From the human T2T-CHM13v2.0 reference genome, Homo sapiens, in NCBI RefSeq assembly GCF_009914755.1, contig NC_060937.1: DNA of 64,000 nucleotides, one strand, 5' to 3'. Below the pieces are notes generated by a model, which had not been told where the DNA came from, searched no databases, and was given only the letters and a program-made list of their open reading frames with translations. Each line of letters begins with the position of its first letter. Positions within the stretch are counted from its first letter, which is position 1. The translations under genes were made by a program, and so were the position numbers. Of the stretch, positions 24,750-38,775 are shown in pieces.

Positions 24750-27204
24750 TGATAGGGTTTGGATCTCTGTCTTTGCCCAAATCTCATGTCAAATTGTAAC
24801 TCCCAGTGTTGGAGGTGGGGCCTGATGAGAGGTGACTGAATTATCAGGTGGTTTTCGTGATTTAACACCATCCCCCTTGGTGCTGTTCTTGTGATAGTGA
24901 GTTATTATTAAATCTGGTCATTTGAAAGTGTGTGACACACCTTCCCACTTCCTTCTGCTCTGAGCGTGTGAAGTGCCTCACTCCCTCTTTGACTTCTGCT
25001 GTGATTGGAACCTTCCTGAGGCCTCCCCAGAAGAAGAAGCTGCTATGCTTTCGGTATAACCTGCAGAACTATGAGCCAATTAAGCTTCTTTCTTTATAAA
25101 TTCCTGAGTCTCAGGTATTTCTTTATAGCAATATGAGGATGGACTAATACAGAAAATTGGTGCTGAGGAGTGTGGCATTGATATAAAGTTGCCAGAAAAT
25201 GTGGAACCAGGTTTGGAACTGGGAAACAGGCAGAGGTTAGAAGAGTTTGGAGAGCTCAGCAGAAGGCAGAAAGATGAGGAAAAATTTGGGACTTTTTAGA
25301 TATTTGTTAAATTGTTGTGAACGAAATGCAGGTAGTGATATGTACAAGAAAGTGGAGACTAAGGAGGTCTCTGACGAAAATGAGGAACTTACTGGGAACG
25401 GAAATACAGTTCACTTTTGTTATGCTTTAGAAAAGAACCTGGCTGCATTGTACCCCTACTCTAGGGATCTGTGGAAATTTGAATGTGAGAGTGATAGGGT
25501 GATAACTTAGGGTATCTGGTGCAAGTAATTTATAAGTGGCAAAGTGTTAAAGAATTAACCTGTCTGCTCTAACAACCTATGTTCGTAGGCATGAACAAAG
25601 AAATGACCTGAAATTGGAACTTATATTTAAAAGAAAAGCACAGCATAAAAGTTTGGAAAATTTGCAGCTGGGTCATGTGGTAGAAAATAAAAATCTATTA
25701 TCAGGGCAGCAAATCAAGCAGGCTACAGAAATTTGCATTACTAAAAGGAAGGCAAGTTCTGATAGCCAAGATAATGGGGAAAAGGCCTTGAAGGCATTTC
25801 AGAGATCTTCATGGTGGCCCCTCCCATCACAGAACTGGAGGCCTAGGAGGAAAGAATGGTTTCTTGGGCCAGGGCCAGGGCCCTGCTGCCCTGTGCATCC
25901 TCAGGACATGCACGGCTTTTTGCATCCTGGCTGCTCCAGCTGTGGTTCAAAGGGGCCCAGGTATAGCTGAGGCCACTGCTTTCAGAGGGTGCAAGCTGTA
26001 AGCCTTCGTGGCTTCCATGTGGTATTAAGACTTCCAGTACACAGAGTGCAAGAGTTGAGGCTTGGGAGCCTCTAGCTAGATTTCAGAGGCTATATGGAAA
26101 AGCCTTGATGTCCAGGCAGAAGCCTGCTTCAGGGGCAGAACTCCTATTAGGACAGTGTGGAGGGGAAATGTGGGGTTGGAGCCCACACACAGATTCCTCT
26201 TGGGGCACTGCCTAGTGGAGCTTTGAGAAGAGGGCCACCATCCTTTAGACCCTGGAATGGTAGATCTACAAGCAGCTTGCACCACACACATGGAAAAGCC
26301 ATAAACACTCAACACTAACTCTTGAGAACAGCTGTGGGGCCTGAACCCTGCAAAGCCATAGGGGTGTAGCTGCCCAAGAGCTTGCAAATCCACCCCTTGC
26401 ATCATTGTGCCCTGCATATCAGACATGGAGTCAAAGGAGATTCTTTTGAAGCTTTAAATTTTAATGACTTCCCTGCTGGGTTTTGGACTTGCATGGGGAC
26501 TTTAGTCCTTTTCTTTTGGCTGATCTCTCCTGTTTGCAATGGGAGTATTTACCCAATGCCTACATCCCCATTGTATCTTGGAAGTAACTAACTTGTTTTT
26601 TTTTGTTTGTTTGTTTTTGTTTTGTTTTTTACAGGATCATAGGCAGAAGGAATTTGCCTTGTATCAGATGAGACTTTGGATTTTGGACTTTTCTGTTAAT
26701 GCTGGAATGATTTAAGACTCTGTGGACTGTTGGGAAGGCATGATTTTATGTTGAAACATGAGACCAACATGAGATTTTGGAGGGGTTGGGACAAAACAAT
26801 ATGGTTTGAATCTGTGTCTCTGCCTAAATATCATCTTCAATTGTCACACCTGGTGTTGGATGTGGGGCCTGGTGGGAGATGATTGGATCATGAGGTTGGT
26901 TGCTCATGGTTTAACACCATCTCCCTTGGTGACATTCTCATGATAGTGAGTTCTTGTAAGATCTGCTCATTTAAAAGTGCGTGTCACCTCCTTGCCCTGT
27001 TTCTCTTCCTCCTGCTCCTGCCATGTAAAGTGCCTTGTTCCCTCTTTGCCTTTGGCCATTCTTGGTAGCTTCCTGAGACCTCCCCAGAGACAGAAGCCAC
27101 TGTGCTTCCCGAACAGCCTGGAGAATCATAAGTCAACTAAGCCTTTTTATAAATTATCGAGTCTCAGGTATTTCTTTATAGGAGTGTGAGAATGTACTAA
27201 TACA
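24750..27204 (+). mobile_element. Complete MSTA-like MaLR: LTR 24750-25151, internal 25152-26796, LTR 26797-27204
   Basis: Two homologous LTRs ending actaataca, MaLR internal start gaaaattggt, TSD tttgc/cttgc. Confidence 0.93.
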
Positions 27205-27580
27205 CTTGCATTTGAAAATGAAGGTAACCATGAAAACATATATAGCAGTGTTCTTTACAGTAATAAAATCTGAAAATAGCACCAATTTACATTAGTGGGA
27301 GAATGCAAAATAAAGTACATTAAAATCGCACAATAGAATTTTATATAGTAGTCAAAATCAATGAAATTAAACTTTCAGAGAAAGTAGATAAAATTGCAGT
27401 AATATAATGTTTATTTTAAAAACATATCAACATGTAAATTACTGTAAATCTCAAAACCAAGCGAAACGAATCAACTTGTCATTTAAGGATATATGTAGAT
27501 AAATCAGGGACAATTGTTTTAAGGAATAAAAAATGAATCAATAACATAACATTTAGGGAAATGTGTAACTTCAAGGTAAG
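27205..27580 (+). mobile_element. Old L1ME-like fragment, continuing from ~24700-24749 across the MSTA insertion
   Basis: Degenerate L1 ORF2 end (caattctactcttag...cacaatagaattttatatag). Confidence 0.5.
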
Positions 27581-27587
27581 CAAGTGG

Positions 27588-28020
27588 ATGTTGTGTCAAA
27601 CCTAGAGAGCTGTGCACCAGAATCTGTTGTTCTCTTTTTCAAGGTCATAAGACTAGACAACCTGGCAGAGATGACTTATGAGTGGATATGAGACCAACTG
27701 CTATTCAGGAGAATGTAAATGAAAGTGATATGTGAAATTTAAAATATATACTGAAGATAGTATGAAAGATTTCACATTTTTTCTTCATTCCACATTGCAA
27801 TCTTGAATTATAACAACTTCAACCATGGAAATAAGAGTCAAAGCTGTGAATAGGAGGACATTATAGAAGAATCAGAGTCTACAAAGACCACTAGTTCACT
27901 GATTTACGAGGCTCACCTTGAACTATTACTAGGGATTTAAAAAATTATCTTTTTTCAACCACTAAAATAGTTATTGTTTTGTCTTTTTTATGGCAGTCTA
28001 ATCTTGTCATAGCTAATATA
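27588..28020 (+). mobile_element. Ancient LTR (LTR16/MLT1-like)
   Basis: Degenerate; LTR-like start tgttgtg and end ctaatata. Family uncertain. Confidence 0.35.
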
Positions 28021-30287
28021 GATGGGATAGCAAACAGTTAGTTGTAACAGATTTGGTAATTTGTAATACTCATTTGGCTTGGTTGGTAAATAAGTATTAA
28101 TTATGTTTGTAACTTTAAGTTATTAATTTATTAATTGCATATATTTCTTTACATGTGACACACATTATATCAAATTCATATCTTGAATTTCCAAGATATC
28201 CAACTTTGGAAGCAATGTGTTGAATTCATCCATATAGACAACCATAATATAAACAACATAACTGTATTTCATTTTCATTGATTTCATACATATAAGAAAG
28301 CACTGTAGGAGATTTACTCTATGTTGATACTCCAGTGGACAGAGGTTCTACCACATTAGAGCTTTTTAATTGAACCATACAACTCTCTTGGTTGCCTCAA
28401 CAAGTAAGGAAAGGGCAGGAAGGAATGGGCAAGCCTCATTCCAAATAGCCATGGATATTGCTAATTCTTATTTTCAAGAGGATCTATTCTTGGACTCTCA
28501 CGTATCCCACATAATTGTTGAATTTCCATTTTCAAAATAATATGGACACATATAGTTTATAAATTATGAAGTCCAAATATCTTTTGGAGTAAAAATTCAA
28601 AATAGCATTTTTTTCCTAGTACATGACCTTATTGTTTGATTTGCATAATATACTGATGTGATTATTTTGTTCATAAAATGGCACTCTTTGGTGAAATACT
28701 AAAATATTTTAGTTGCTGAGGGCTAATAAGAAAAGAACAAGTATGATGTTAATTTACAAATAAGATAATTACATCAAATGAAGGCTAAGTGCGGTAATAA
28801 TTTTCTATACAGAAAAGAGAAATGTGTTATAAGTCAAAGAGAAAAATAACAGAAGAATATAATTATGAAATGTAACAGTAATGTAAACATGCCAAAAATA
28901 TAATAGAAGCTAAATCGTGGTAGGTGATATGATATTTCTCACTAAAATGCCACGTAGTACTTTTTTGTATACCAATGTTTTTTAACAGCAATTCTCTCAC
29001 ATTGCAATAAAGATGCAATGAGGTTCATATTAAGTGCATTTTTATTATGTTTCAGTGTAACATTTTGGAGCAAATTATTACACTAAATGACCGAGAAAAG
29101 TAATAGACTTGTTGTTTGAAATTATATCATTATAAAATTAGGAAAAAAATGATGTGAATGAATATGAAAATGACTAAAATAAATTACTCCAAATAAAGCA
29201 AGACTAATCAAGCAAACAAAGACTATCACATATCTATTAATGTAGTTCATTTGTATTTATTTAGTTTTATAGTTTGCCATTGCTAATTTTTAAATGTTGT
29301 ATTTTAAGAAAATCATAATACTAATAAATTTACACTGGGGTTTTATTTGTCATATTCACCTGGGCATGTTTTCCCATTATCCCCATAATACTATGCAGCG
29401 TTGGGAAACCGATGCTAGCATGAAGCTCAAGATGTCTGTATTGCCCTGAAAAATTGCCTGTCTAAATCCATTTGGGCTCACTGTCTCTTTACCAGCAAAA
29501 TCTATGGAAGTATGACATGCCAGCCTAGCAGCTGTCACTGCACTGCTGCTTAGAACTGCTTAACTGTTTGATCGGGACTAGTAGCTACTTTTAATATGAC
29601 TAATAATGCATTTGACATTTACTTTTAATGAATATTAAAATATATCTTATACATAAAGTATTAATGTTATAAATGCCATTTTCATTTTGATATTTCAAAA
29701 TTTATGTAATATTTATGACTAAACAAATAAAATTTAAAATACTGATGTATGCTTTGTTCCTGAATTGATTTTTAAAATACAAGGACTCCAGATACTCTCA
29801 CTAAATGCCTAAGAACTTGTTTTTAAACAAATCTAAATTCAAATGATATCTAAAATAACATTAGCCTAAATAAAAATGTACTTGTTTTATTAATGTTTTC
29901 CTTAAGAGTTTTTTTATTAAGCTTCTGATCATTTCAGTAATATTGATCTTTGATATAAATAGTTTAAGCACTTTTCCTCACTAATTTAGCTCCGCTCACT
30001 ATGTAATACTTTTTCTCACTGCTTTAGCTCTGCCTATTATGTAACACTTTCCCCCAAACAGAAAATTGTACATGTCCAATTTCACAATTAAGCTTAATTT
30101 TTCTACCAATCTTTTAGGTTTTAAATAGCTTACTATTCTCTTAACAAAGGAATTTTTCTTATTTTAAGCCTGAATAGTCTTGTTATGTGGATAGAATATA
30201 TTACATTATAATTTACATTATGTATTACATTATTACAGTACATGATTATAAATTAATATTAATGATTGTATCTACCTTTTTAATCTA

Positions 30288-30520
30288 GAGGCAGTGTTTG
30301 GTGCGCTAGTTAGGCAAATAGATTCCAGAGCCAGAGTTCAAATCTAAATCTGGCACTTAATTTTCATGGGAATTTTCAATTTTCTTAATATCTTTTCATT
30401 TTCTAACAATATAAACAGGAAAGATAACTAACCTAATAAGAAGTTTTTAGAGGTGATTAAATGAGTTAACATTTGTAAAACAAGTGGAAATACTTTCTGG
30501 CATGTAGCAAAAACTAGGTA
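30288..30520 (+). mobile_element. MIR
   Basis: ccagagccagagttcaaat...gattaaatgagttaacatttgtaaaa. Confidence 0.7.
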
Positions 30521-31304
30521 GAAGTACTACATTCTATATGTGCTTCGGAAATCTATAATATTAAGTATTTTTTATATTTAATATTATTAATATTAACATG
30601 AATGAGTATCATTCATTTGAAACTTTTTTTAATGCATACTGCTCATAATGTTTTCAGTAGAGTTCATTTAAATAGTTAATATGAATGCCATTTATGCTGC
30701 TGATGTTGAGTGGTGGTACATGAAGTACTTCTACTTGCAAGTCAAGATATACTCTGTCTAATGGCGTAATTAACTGTTAATATAATGAATTAGTCTCTTT
30801 CCTTGGGAGCTTGAGTAGAAAAAGGGCAAGGAGGAAGATTAAGTCTTACTAGGTTTTCTAATACTGTACTATGTTCACTTTTTTTTCCAGTTGTCCTTAG
30901 ACCTGTTGAGATTAACTCAAAAGATATAGATCTTGATTAACTACTTTACCCTCTAAGTATATTCTTAAGGTCATTATATACTGGTTTATACCACAGAAGA
31001 TATAGTATGTAAACATGTACAAATTTAGTAAATCAGTCTGTAATGTCCCATAATGTACACCTAAATATGTTGAAATTGTGCTACATTATACTCACAAGGA
31101 GGGATTCCATGTGTTCTCACTACATGAAACCAGAGGAAGGAGAGGAAGTCTGTACCCCTATTGGGCATGTTTAACTATTTATTCCTCATGGAAAGTCAAA
31201 TTATTTTTTTGAAAAAAAAGTGACAGATATAGATGCTTCCCTTAGAGGTTGTGCCATAATATGTTTAGACTGCTAGTGACTCCACCTTGATTAAAACCTA
31301 ATAT

Positions 31305-32841
31305 AGAGGAAGAGCCAAGATGTCTGAATAGATGCAACCAGAAAGCTTCTCTTCAAACCTACGCTACGCAATAAGGTTACACTAACAACTATACAACTAT
31401 ACAACAAGGCTACACTGACCAAAGCAGTATGGTCCTGTTACAAAAACAGATACATAGACAAATGGATCAGAACAGAGAACACAGTAACAGGACCACACAT
31501 CTACAACAATCTGATTTTCATCGAAGTCAACAATAACAAGCAACAGTGAAAGGATACCCTATTCAGTAAATGGTGCTGTGATGACTGGATAGCCATATGC
31601 AGAAGATTGAAAGTAGACCTCTTCCTTTCACCCTATACAAAAGTCAATCCAAAATTGATTAAATACTTAAATGTAAGATCTAAAACTATAAGAACTCTAG
31701 ACGAAAACAGAAAATACCATTCTGGACATAGGCCTTAGCAAAAATTTTATGATGAAGTCTCTAAAAGCAATTACAATAAAGACAAAAATAGACAAGTGAG
31801 ACCTAATGAAACTAAAGGGCTTCTTTCCAGCAAAGGAAACGGTCAACAGAGTAAACAGACAACCCACAGAATGGGAGAAGATATTTGCAAACTATGCATC
31901 TGACAGAGGTCTAAAATCCAAAGTATAATGAGGTTAAACGAATCTACAAGCAAAAAATAAAATAAATAAAAATAAAATAACCCCACTAAACAATGGGCAA
32001 AGGACATAAACAGACACTTTTCAAACAAGCAAATACACATGACCAACAAGCATATGAGAAAAAGCTCAAAATCACTAATCATCAGAGAAATGCAAATCAA
32101 AGCCACCATGAGATATCAGCTCGTACCAGTCAGAATGGCTAATTTAAAGTCAAAAAAATAGTACATATTGTCAAGGATGTGAAGAAAAAGGAACACTTAC
32201 ACACTGTTTTGTATAAGTGGTAAGTGGGAGTGTAAGTTAGTTCAACCGCTGTGCAAGACAGTGTGGCGATTCCTCAGAGACCTAAAGGCAGAAATATCAT
32301 TTGACTCAGCAATCTCAATACTAGGTATATACCCAAAGCAATACAAATCATTCTACCAAAAAGCACATGCACCCTTATGTTCACAGTACTATTATTCACA
32401 AAAGTGAAAACATGAAATCAACCTAGGTGCCCATGAATGGTGGACTGGATAAGGAAAATATGGGACTTATACACCATGGAATACTACGTAGCCATAAAAA
32501 GAATAAAACCATGTCATTTGCAAGAACATGGAAGCAGCTGGAGGCCATTATCCTAAGCAAATTCTCCCAGGAACAGAAAACCAAACATCGCATGTTCTCG
32601 TTTGTAAGTGGGAGTTAAATATTGAGTGCACACGGACACAAAGATAAAAATAGTTTATATCAGGGCCTACTTGAGGGGGGAGTGTGGGATGAAGATGAGA
32701 GTCATAAAACTACCTATCGGATAGTATGCTCACTACCTGGGTGATGAAACCGTCTGAACACCAAACCTGAGTGACACACAAGTTACGTATGTAACAAACC
32801 TGCACATGTACCCCCAAACCTAAAAACAGAAGTTGAAAAAA
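31305..32841 (+). mobile_element. L1PA15/16-like element: ~50 bp 5' terminus fused to the last ~1.5 kb (ORF2 C-terminus and 3'UTR)
   Basis: 5' start gaggaagagccaagatg. ORF2 end LEAIILSKFSQEQKTKHRMFSF. 3'UTR aactacctatcgg...acctgcacatgtacccc. Confidence 0.88.
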
Positions 32842-33007
32842 TGAATCAATCAAGTTAAGGTGTAGAAATCATATCTTTCAATTATCATATCTGAGACACA
32901 ACATTGTGGCATCTGTCTATATTTATCAATCTAAGTATTAAAATATATCTTTCTATATATATTTATCTAAATTTATCTGTCATAACTTTATCTAACCATA
33001 CATGAAT

Positions 33008-33060
33008 CCATTCATCCATCCATCCATCCATCCATCCATCCATCCATTCATCTATCCATC
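33008..33060. repeat. (CCAT)n microsatellite
   Basis: Read directly from the sequence. Confidence 0.95.
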
Positions 33061-34759
33061 TGCCTTTCTATGTACTTACTTACACAGAAACAAGAGCAAT
33101 GTTTTCCAAGAAACCCTTAAGCAATTTTTACTGCCCTGATTTTCATTTGTTTATAACACGAATAGGGTTGGCTAAAAGCATTCATGTATCCTCAGATGAT
33201 TCCAAATTTATCCTCAGTAGATCTAGTTTTCTGACTATATGCTTATGGAGATTTTGTTTATATATTTGTGATAGGAAAAACAAAACAAAAATTTCATTCA
33301 AAGAGAATCATAAGTTTCTGAAAAATAGTCTTCAACATTATACTATTTTCAATGGCTTATTAAAAATTTCATCTATTTTAGAAACTCAAATATTTTAATC
33401 TTTCATTGTTTTACAATATATATGTGTTGAATTTATAAATATCCTTCACTCTTAGTTTATGTAAAGTTTGTAACCTAAAATGTTATTTTCTTTCAATAAC
33501 AGTTTACCTCAGAGTTAGTGGCTAAATCAGAATTCATATGAAAAATGTCAATCTTTTTTTGGAAGTAGCAAAACCAATACCCTTTCATATCTTTCTACAA
33601 TTAAGATGTGTCACTTTAGTGACAATAAATAAGATTTCCTATTTCTTAATGTACTTTAACATATCAGTTATCAGAACTGTGTTTATCTGACAGAATGCAT
33701 CCAATCCAGTACTTCCAGGCAAACTGGTTTACTTAGATGCAGCAGTCTATAAGCCTAGATGACTGTATAAAATCTTGATAGAATTGTTGTATTTTATATT
33801 GCAGAAAGCAATCAGGTGATTTTGTTTGTCTGACTATTATATGTACTAATATAAAATGTTAATCCTGAGGAATGATTGGTAATGTTCCTTTATGAAATGT
33901 TTCTAATTTTCAAGATCTATCCAATCATTAAAAAATTCAAATATATAGAATGAAAATCTTAGGAAAATTTAAGGGACAATGATTCCTAAAATATGTGTCT
34001 TTTTTCTTTACTGATTGGGAAATAGTATTTGAAATAATAAGCTTGTCTTTAAAATGTATGTACAAAGTGGCTTTATAAGACCATTAAGTCTTCTATTTTA
34101 TACTTAAAGCACATTTTATTGAGCAAACAAAACCGAGGACTATACAGGTAATTCTTTCACTCTTCCAATATGTAGGAAGATACCCGAAATTATTACATGA
34201 TTTTATGTATGTATCACAGATTTGGGGATGCATTGCTACTCTTGTATAGAACATACTTTAATACTTCCTTATGCAGTGAAATGAAAATTTCAAAACACTA
34301 AATATAACAGCGATTGTTGCAAAGGATATATGAAATGCTTACCTTTTAGACTATAGAATACATGAGCAATATAGATAAATCTACATTACTTATAGGTCTC
34401 CGATTGAAGGTGGATGCTTTAATTGCTTGAACTGTCCTATGTCCAAGATCTGAGCAGCTCATTGAGATTGGGGTAAATTAAGGGAATGGGTAACAGGGTG
34501 GATTTATCTGCGTTCTTTGGCAGAGATACTCTGTTAAAGTAATATACTTTACTACTTATTAATTTACTGACTACAATTGTCACACCATGATAAAATATAA
34601 TTAACACCTGGAACCACTGTGAAATTCTAATTTATTTTTTCTTTGATATATGAGAACATATTTCTTCTTATTCCATTTAGAGAGGTACACATGTCAATAA
34701 TGCATAAAAATGGTTCAAACTAGGATGGTCATTTGTACAGTCATTAAAACTGACTTGAA

Positions 34760-35072
34760 GGCCGGGCGCGGTGGCTTACGCCTGTAATCCTAGCACTTTG
34801 GGAGGCTGAGGCGGGCAGATTGCCTGAGCTCAAGAGTTCGAGACCAGCCTGGGCAACATGGTGAATCCCCGTCTCTACTAAAATACAAAAAAAAAAAAAA
34901 AAATTAGCCTGGCGTGGCGGCGTGTGCCTGTAGTCCCTGCTAATCAGGAGGCTGAGCCAGGAGAATTGCTTGAATCCGGGAGGCAGAGGTTGCAGTGAGC
35001 CAAGATGGTGCCACTATACTCCAGCCTGGCGACAGAGTGAGACTCCGTCTCAAAAAACAAACAAACAAACAA
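34760..35072 (+). mobile_element. AluS with expanded middle A tract (A17) and (CAAA)n tail
   Basis: Full dimer, TSD aaaactgacttgaa(g) on both sides. Confidence 0.96.
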
Positions 35073-35489
35073 AAAACTGACTTGAAGACAGTCAGCTGAG
35101 GCACTGACTTCAAAAATGTTGCAAGTAGCAACTAATGAAACTCAATAAAGGACATTTTGACCTTTTGTTTCAAACCTTCAAATGCATGAAGTCATCAGTG
35201 TTATGGCTCTATAAAACATAGAAAACTGTTTCTGTGTGCGAGCTATAAAATACTATGTGGTCATTATAAGTTTGGCTTAAAGTTACCAATGAACAAAGTA
35301 GGCAAAGTTAAGACAATATTCACTTGCATAATATTCTTGATAGATAAATACATTATTTTTATTACTGAACTTCTAAAATAAAATGTGGCTAGTTAAGTAT
35401 ATTTTATTTTAAATCAATTAGGTCATGCGTTTGTAATAAAGTTTGAATCTTAAAACAAATTTTGTCCTATCTCCTGAGACCCTTCAGCC

Positions 35490-36130
35490 TCCTGGTTGAA
35501 TTGCACTCTTTTTGCTGTATAGTTCTATGGACTATGAAAAATACATAGTGTCACATATTCACTACCCACAGTAATGCACAGATTTGTCCTATGACCATAA
35601 AATATTCTCTATTATCTCCCTATTCAAACACTCCATACTTCCCATACCTTTGGCAAACTAATCTGCTTTCTTTACCTACAATTTTACTTTTTTCCAAAAT
35701 GACATGTGAATGGAATTGCATATTATATATTTTTTACCCTTTTCAATTTGTCTCTTTTCACATAGCATAATGTATTTTGGATTTATCTGTATGTCTTTCC
35801 TTTTTCATCAGTGACTAATTTTTCATTGTGTAGATGTACCACAATTCTTTAGCCATCCACATTTTGAAGGATATCTTGGTTTATTCCAGTTTGGGGGCAA
35901 CTATAAATAAAGCTACTGTAAACATTTGTATATTTAGAATTTCTTGCAAAGTATAGCAATGAAAGAACATTCCTGTAGCTTAGTAACAGCATTTGGTATT
36001 GCCAATCATTTAAATTGTAGCCATTTAAATAAGTCTTTTAATCTGCTTTGCATTAGTGACAAGACATTTAGCATCCTTTCATACACTTATTTGCCATCCA
36101 TATTATGTCTTCTTTAATGTCTGTTTACTC
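35490..36130 (-). mobile_element. L1MC/MD-like 3' fragment
   Basis: Antisense text tagttctatggact..., tagatgtaccacaatt, ttgaaggatatcttgg. Confidence 0.7.
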
Positions 36131-36559
36131 AAGTATTCTTAAGAAAACTTTTGTTTATATTTTCTGTAAGTATTACATTTCCACTTAAAACGCTATCCAC
36201 TATTTTTAAACAATGATTTCTTAATTGACAATATTCCTAGGGCAAAGTTCACAGAGGGGAGCATGTCCTAAAGCAGATGTTTATCTCATTAAATAACTAA
36301 TACCAATATTTCTGTTGGAAAATATTTGGCAAAACTATGAGCATTTTGTTTTGACAACTACACTGTGATTGTTACCAAATAAAGGATTTGTTAAGACAAA
36401 CATGTTTAATTTGGAAAAAGGAGCCAACTTACAAAAAAAATGTTGTTACACTGATTACTTGAAATTAAACCATATGTTGTTATGTATATTTTAATATCTA
36501 TATGTTACTGAGAGCTTATAATGATTTTTATTTTAGGGATCAAAGCTATACTTTTTAGA

Positions 36560-36823
36560 AAATATTACATAGTAAATATAAAGTATCTTATTATTAACTA
36601 GAGTTTCCATGCTGTATATTAGATCTCCACAACTTACCCTGTATCGCTGAACCTTTATACCCTTTGATCAAGATCTCCCCATTTCCCTTTTCCCTGGCCC
36701 CTGGCAACCACTTTTCTACTCTACTTTTACGAGTTCAGCGTTTTCAGATTTCACATATACATGAGATTATAAATAATTATTTTTAGTTGTCAAGTATCCT
36801 TCAATAAAGCTGGAAAAAAAAAA
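36560..36823. mobile_element. L1MA9/10-like 3'UTR: antisense piece (36560-36770) followed by a sense tail (36772-36823)
   Basis: catgctgtatattagatctc...ccctggcaacca, then gtcaagtatccttcaataaagctggaaaaaaaaaa. Confidence 0.7.
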
Positions 36824-37394
36824 CAGGGCACAGTAAAATAAAAATTAAACTATTACGTTACCTTTAATATAGAGAATAAATTATTCTCTGAATGGAATCT
36901 CTTTACTAAATTATTTTATCTTGTGAATTGAAAATGGTTTGTTATAGTATTTTATATAGTATTGCATAGTACTGACAAAATTATTATATACAGTATATAT
37001 TACCTTATGGCCACGTCTCATTTAATCAAGTATTAATATGTAATATTCATAAGCTCTTTAAAATTTCCCATATATGTGGCATTTTGTGGTTTACATTTTT
37101 ACAAAACTTTTAGATTTAAATATTGTTTTTTGACAAACCTACATGATTTAAGAATTTTAGCTCACATAATAACTGTTACAAAACTTTTTATTATATGAGT
37201 GAATAATTCTATTTCCAACAAAACACTAAATGTATTTACTCTCTATAAATAGTAATGTTTAATTTATTCACTATAAATACATTCTTCTTTACATTTAATA
37301 TTTGAAAACTGATAAGATATATTTTAAAAGTGGTGTCCAAAGGTATAGTTTGTAATTAAAACAAGATGGCTTCTCTAGATAAGTGATAATATTC

Positions 37395-37825
37395 CATGTA
37401 TCTAATTACCTCAAAATTAGCAGTTAAAACAAACAAACAAACAAAAAACTTCCTTATCATCTCACAGTTTCTATAGGTTAGAAGTCTGGCCACAGTGTTG
37501 CACAGCTGCTTCATTTGCTACAGGTTTCACAGGAATGAAATTACGGCGTCAGTAGGGTTGAATTCCTTTCTTTTCGATAGGCTCTGAGGAAGAACCTACT
37601 TTCAAACTCAACCAGGTTATTGGTAGAATTGTGTTTTTAAGGTGGAGGTTCTTGTTTCCCAACTGGATGTCAGCCAAGGATTGCCAACCTTGCCGCCTAC
37701 AGGCCCCTCTGTGGCCCCCTTATATCTGCAACAGTGTGTCAAAATTCTCTAGCTTTTGGAACCTTCCCTACTTCCTCTTCTGCTGCATCTCTTCTGCCCT
37801 CTCCACTGCATCTCTTTAACTCCAT
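37395..37825 (-). mobile_element. MLT1 (D/E-like) LTR fragment
   Basis: atctcacagtttctataggttagaagtc...ggttattggtagaatt. Confidence 0.7.
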
Positions 37826-38673
37826 TTGGTATTTATCAACCTTGAATTTTTAGAAAAATTTAGCAAAATTATGTTGTTGGGAATTCCAAATTTTAAAAAT
37901 ATTTAAACTATTCTAAATTACAAATTTGTTCATTAGAAGGTCCTGGAGTTTGTGATTGAGATCAGGACCTATTTTATACAATTCCAGAGTATAGATTTCG
38001 TGATTTCCAGCAAAATAATCTTGCTACACTAATAAATGCTTTTGAGGTTGAAATTTTAAGAACAACAAAATATGCAAGCACCTAGAAATAAATACCCAGT
38101 TGGCATATACACCAAAACTGTTTCAAACAAAATTAAATATAAAGTAGGATAAAAAAATCTGCTAAAGAAAAAGCATTAGGGTTTTTGTTATGGCTTGAAA
38201 AATATTAAGTATTGATGTATCAGGCTTCAAATCTATACATGATTGCTACAGTTATTCTATTATGTTTAATCAAATAGTAATTTGTTTCATGAAATAAAAC
38301 ACATCATATTTAAATTACAAATTCCCTAATATACATCCAGTGTATGTATGATACTGCCCAGGTGTCACTTCACTGTAATTGACCTTGAACACATCAATAC
38401 TATACCAGCTATTCTAATAAATGAGCACAAACACTCCTGTACTCTACTTTGGGCAAAAGTAAAGAAAAACAATTATTGTAGTTCCTTTCTTTTAATAGTC
38501 ATTCAAACAAATATTTGTTTAATTACTTTAGAAACATGCCTCCCCAAATAAGGAATATATTAAATTAAAAGAAAAACTCAAAGCTGACTTCAGAAGTCAT
38601 TATGTTTGTTCTTATGCATATGTTTGAATAGTCTGAAAAAATACTTGGCATATAAAGTTGGGAACAGGATAAA

Positions 38674-38775
<102 letters not shown>

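Noticed and set aside
28700-29600. Repeat-free AT-rich stretch as a possible conserved non-coding element or exon
   Set aside because: Cannot be supported without a cross-species alignment; no convincing ORF or splice-site pair seen.
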